Program-made: the position numbers and the translations under genes | Notes under the pieces: generated by a model | Databases searched by the model: none | Told to the model about the DNA's origin: nothing | What the model saw: only the letters and a program-made list of their open reading frames with translations | Part shown: piece after piece, positions 59,552-61,817 of the stretch | Position numbering within the stretch: position 1 is the stretch's first letter | Layout: each line of letters begins with the position of its first letter | NCBI GenBank assembly: GCA_041654915.1 | Contig: JBAZCO010000001.1 | Span: 1 to 61,817, forward strand | Length of the DNA stretch: 61,817 nt | Direction of reading: 5' to 3' | DNA from: Clostridia bacterium | GTDB taxonomy: Bacteria; Bacillota; Clostridia; Christensenellales; DTU072

Positions 59552-60265
59552 ATGGCTTTTGCGTTTATAGTTATAGCACCATCAACCGCTACTAGTGGGG
59601 TGCAATTAGTACAAGAAGTTACAGGTTTGCAAGTAGAGTTAGGCTCAACCGCAACTGCCTTTGAGCCGTTTACTCCCGACAGTCCTTCACCAAATTATCC
59701 ATCGCTTGTTAACAGTGCTGGCAAAAAATTACTTGTAAATAGTAACGAAGTAATTATCCCTACCCTACACAAAATCGGTGACGTAGCTGATGAGTGGAAC
59801 AGCAAAACAGGTGAAATCACAAGGCGGATTGGTGTTAAAGTTTTTGACGGAACGGAAGCCACAACACTATACACTTATAATGATTTAAATGGGGTTTATT
59901 TTGCGAGCATTTTACCAGAAAACCAATTAAGAGGGCCTGGCTTTTGCACGCATGAAAGTAGGGTGGGCAACTATGGCAGTTCATCTGGAACTTATATGTG
60001 GGTTGGTGCAAATAATAGAGATGTTTTTTGGATAGGTATTTGTGATTACCTTAATAAACCAACCGTGGGCGAAATACAAGACTGGCTTGCAGACCAGTAT
60101 AACAACGGAACGCCAGTGACGCTTTACTATCAACTATCAACACCAGTCATAGAGCAAGTAGCGACCAAAGTACCGTCATATCCAAAAATAACGGAGATAG
60201 TACAAGATAACAACATAAAAACAGATATAACAGCGACAGCAAAAATAGTGGATTTGGGGGAGTAA
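59552..60265 (+). CDS. Tail fibre protein, 3' part (no SD at ATG 59552; probably a continuation of 58998-59483)
   Basis: ..LQVELGSTATAFEPFTPDSPSPNYPS... The upstream same-frame sequence VGFFEADGTFISDAISNSFTTPSN is protein-like. Confidence 0.55.
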   Translation: MAFAFIVIAPSTATSGVQLVQEVTGLQVELGSTATAFEPFTPDSPSPNYPSLVNSAGKKLLVNSNEVIIPTLHKIGDVADEWNSKTGEITRRIGVKVFDGTEATTLYTYNDLNGVYFASILPENQLRGPGFCTHESRVGNYGSSSGTYMWVGANNRDVFWIGICDYLNKPTVGEIQDWLADQYNNGTPVTLYYQLSTPVIEQVATKVPSYPKITEIVQDNNIKTDITATAKIVDLGE

Positions 60266-60271
60266 GGCACG

Positions 60272-60451
60272 ATGACTTGCAGGTGCAGAAAAAAGCTCAA
60301 AACAGATAACAACGGTGAAGAAGTTTCTGTCAGTATAAATAAAGGCACAATGCTTATAGAAAACAAAGACATTGAAACCTATGTAGAGATAAAATATTGC
60401 CCGAATTGCGGGAAGAAAATAAAGTACAAGAAACGTAAAGGAGAAAACTAA
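60272..60451 (+). CDS. Small zinc-ribbon protein (59 aa)
   Basis: MTCRC...YCPNCGKK. The next gene's ATG (60454) lies 2 nt after its stop. Confidence 0.4.
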   Translation: MTCRCRKKLKTDNNGEEVSVSINKGTMLIENKDIETYVEIKYCPNCGKKIKYKKRKGEN

Positions 60452-60453
60452 AA

Positions 60454-61581
60454 ATGAGAATCGAAACCATACGAATAGGGGATTTAGCACTAAACGAAAA
60501 GAACATCAGGACAAATTTAAATGTAGATGATCTGATAGACAGCATACAAGAAAGTGGTGTACTTGTACCGCTTATTGTTACACCAGATTACACCGTAGTT
60601 GACGGCAACCGTAGATTAGAAGCCGCAAGGCGAGTGTTCGGCGAAGATGCTTTAATAACGGTAGATATAAGAAACCTGTCAGAACAAGAAATTATTGAAT
60701 ATTCACTCATAACTGCACTGCAAAGAGAAAATCTAACCGAAAAGGAAAAGGCAAACGCATATAAGCAGTTAAGCATTCTAGGGTTAAGTGATTTTACCAT
60801 AGCAAAGAAAATAGGTAAAAAGAAAACAAATGTTAATGCTTACATTAAGGCAGCGGACATAGAGCAAGAATTATGGGAAACACACACCTTAGATGAGCTG
60901 CAATTTATAGCCGAGTACCCTGAACTTGCAAATTACACAGGCAGAGCCTTAATCGACAGATACGATAGGCTTGTTGCACAAGAGAAGTTTAACAACTGGC
61001 TAAATGATTTTTCATATCCTGAAAACACAAGCCAATCCATAGCCGACAAATGGTATGAAAACGAAGATTACGGCTTTGACGGGCTTGCAATTAAGAGTGA
61101 TAACAAGCTTTATCATAACGGCGAAGTTATAGCCGAGGATTATCACACCTATCCATATGCACCAAATACCCTTATACACGCTGTTTCTAATGAACTATGG
61201 ATAATTGAGCCTAAAGAGCAAGAAAGTGCCACAGAAGCCGAAAATGAACCACAGGAGGCACTTAAACTAATAGATGAAAGTGATATATACGAGGGTTACT
61301 TGGAAGTTTGGGGCGGAATTGTAGAGCGAGTCAAACGAAAGGTAGAAGAAGTAAGGGTAAGAAAAGAGCCGGCATTATCACTTGTTGGTATTATATGCAA
61401 GACCTACGGCTTTGATGATCTAAAGGATATGGCCTTAGATTCGTTTGAAACGCTTGCTATCGAACCGTTCTTCATGCGTGATGGAAAGATAGAGCATAGG
61501 GAGTGTGAATGCTTAGATTTTATCAATGCAATGACCACTTTAAGCGATGCAGAAAGGGTAGTAATCAGTGGCAAACAGTAA
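60454..61581 (+). CDS. parB: ParB/Srx-domain protein
   Basis: IRIGDLALNEKNIR, GVLVPLIV, VVDGNRRLEAARR (the GxRR box), and an HTH-like FTIAKKIGKKKTNVNAYI. Confidence 0.8.
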   Translation: MRIETIRIGDLALNEKNIRTNLNVDDLIDSIQESGVLVPLIVTPDYTVVDGNRRLEAARRVFGEDALITVDIRNLSEQEIIEYSLITALQRENLTEKEKANAYKQLSILGLSDFTIAKKIGKKKTNVNAYIKAADIEQELWETHTLDELQFIAEYPELANYTGRALIDRYDRLVAQEKFNNWLNDFSYPENTSQSIADKWYENEDYGFDGLAIKSDNKLYHNGEVIAEDYHTYPYAPNTLIHAVSNELWIIEPKEQESATEAENEPQEALKLIDESDIYEGYLEVWGGIVERVKRKVEEVRVRKEPALSLVGIICKTYGFDDLKDMALDSFETLAIEPFFMRDGKIEHRECECLDFINAMTTLSDAERVVISGKQ

Positions 61582-61813
61582 CACTTATGTTTCAATGAAT
61601 AAATCTCATGATGAGTGTTATACACGCTTGCCTGATGCTTTGGATATGTTTTCCTTTTTACAAAAGCATATAAGTTTAAGGGATAAGATAATTTGGATGC
61701 CGTTTAACGATGAAGGCAAGAATATAGAAAAGGCTGCACATTCATTAAAGATTTATAAAACGGTCGGGGGGGGGGGGTATTCCCTTACAGCGAGCCAAAG
61801 GAGGGGGGTATAA
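61568..61813 (+). CDS. N6-adenine DNA methyltransferase, N-terminal part (runs into G12; continues at base 82-426 in another frame)
   Basis: ..DECYTRLPDAL..DKIIWMPFNDEGKNIEKA..KTVGGGG. Overlaps the parB stop. Confidence 0.7.
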   Translation: MANSNTYVSMNKSHDECYTRLPDALDMFSFLQKHISLRDKIIWMPFNDEGKNIEKAAHSLKIYKTVGGGGYSLTASQRRGV

Positions 61814-61817
61814 TGAT
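61678..61817. repeat. End overlap copy 2
   Basis: See 1-140. Confidence 0.95.
61766..61777 (+). repeat. G12 homopolymer (second copy of 89-100)
   Basis: Same context as 89-100. Confidence 0.95.

Noticed and set aside
61801-61817. Three mismatches between the two copies of the end overlap (would change KEWDIM to KEGGIM in the MTase)
   Set aside because: They are confined to the last 17 nt of the contig, where assembly errors concentrate. They are not treated as real allelic variation without read support.
1-61817. Search for a reverse transcriptase/DGR, retron, CRISPR-Cas, tRNA or rRNA genes
   Set aside because: No ORF shows RT motifs (YxDD context) or Cas-like domains. No cloverleaf-like GC-rich segment was noticed in the intergenic regions. 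Absence is by eye only and should be confirmed with tRNAscan or profile tools.

Overview
The window is one complete, circularly closed tailed-phage genome. The unit length is 61,677 bp, and bases 1-140 recur at 61678-61817. It is AT-rich, with AGGAGG-type ribosome-binding sites and TTGACA/TATAAT promoters, which suggests a low-GC Gram-positive-type host (inference only).

Layout: a 720-bp divergent control region (29724-30443) separates two arms.
- Minus-strand late operon, in transcription order: portal 29723, ClpP-like protease/scaffold, decoration protein, major capsid, head-tail genes with an embedded holin-like pair, two tail-tube paralogues, baseplate/fibre genes, lipoprotein, then a 1773-aa tape measure ending at 6156.
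- Plus-strand early/middle arm, starting at 30444: accessory genes, an iteron/AT-rich origin-like locus, a RadC-like JAB protein, a tyrosine integrase, a recombination module, a MetK-like SAM synthetase, an SSB-like protein, a resolvase, an SF2 helicase, a methyltransferase cluster, an endolysin, a second tail-fibre cluster and ParB. It continues across the junction into another methyltransferase, a primase-helicase and the large terminase ending at 6159.
- The two arms meet with overlapping stop codons.

Main lead: the genome carries five DNA methyltransferase genes, and every G run of 8 or more (12, 9, 8 and 8 G) lies inside three of them.
- One is an N6-adenine MTase broken by the G12 run at the circular junction.
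- One is a circularly permuted C5-MTase (motifs IX-X before I-VIII) with a poly-G tract at each variable end.
- This fits phage-borne phase-variable or specificity-switching methylation, but homopolymer assembly error must be excluded.

Other leads:
- Two inverted paralogues of a zinc-ribbon-array / PD-(D/E)xK-like protein sit in the tail module.
- Three late structural genes carry frame breaks or an in-frame stop.
- The tape measure gene sits last in the late operon, which is a non-canonical order.
- The endolysin has a roughly 215-aa coiled-coil tail.

No tRNA, rRNA, CRISPR array or reverse transcriptase was recognised. All family assignments come from motifs read by eye, not from database searches.
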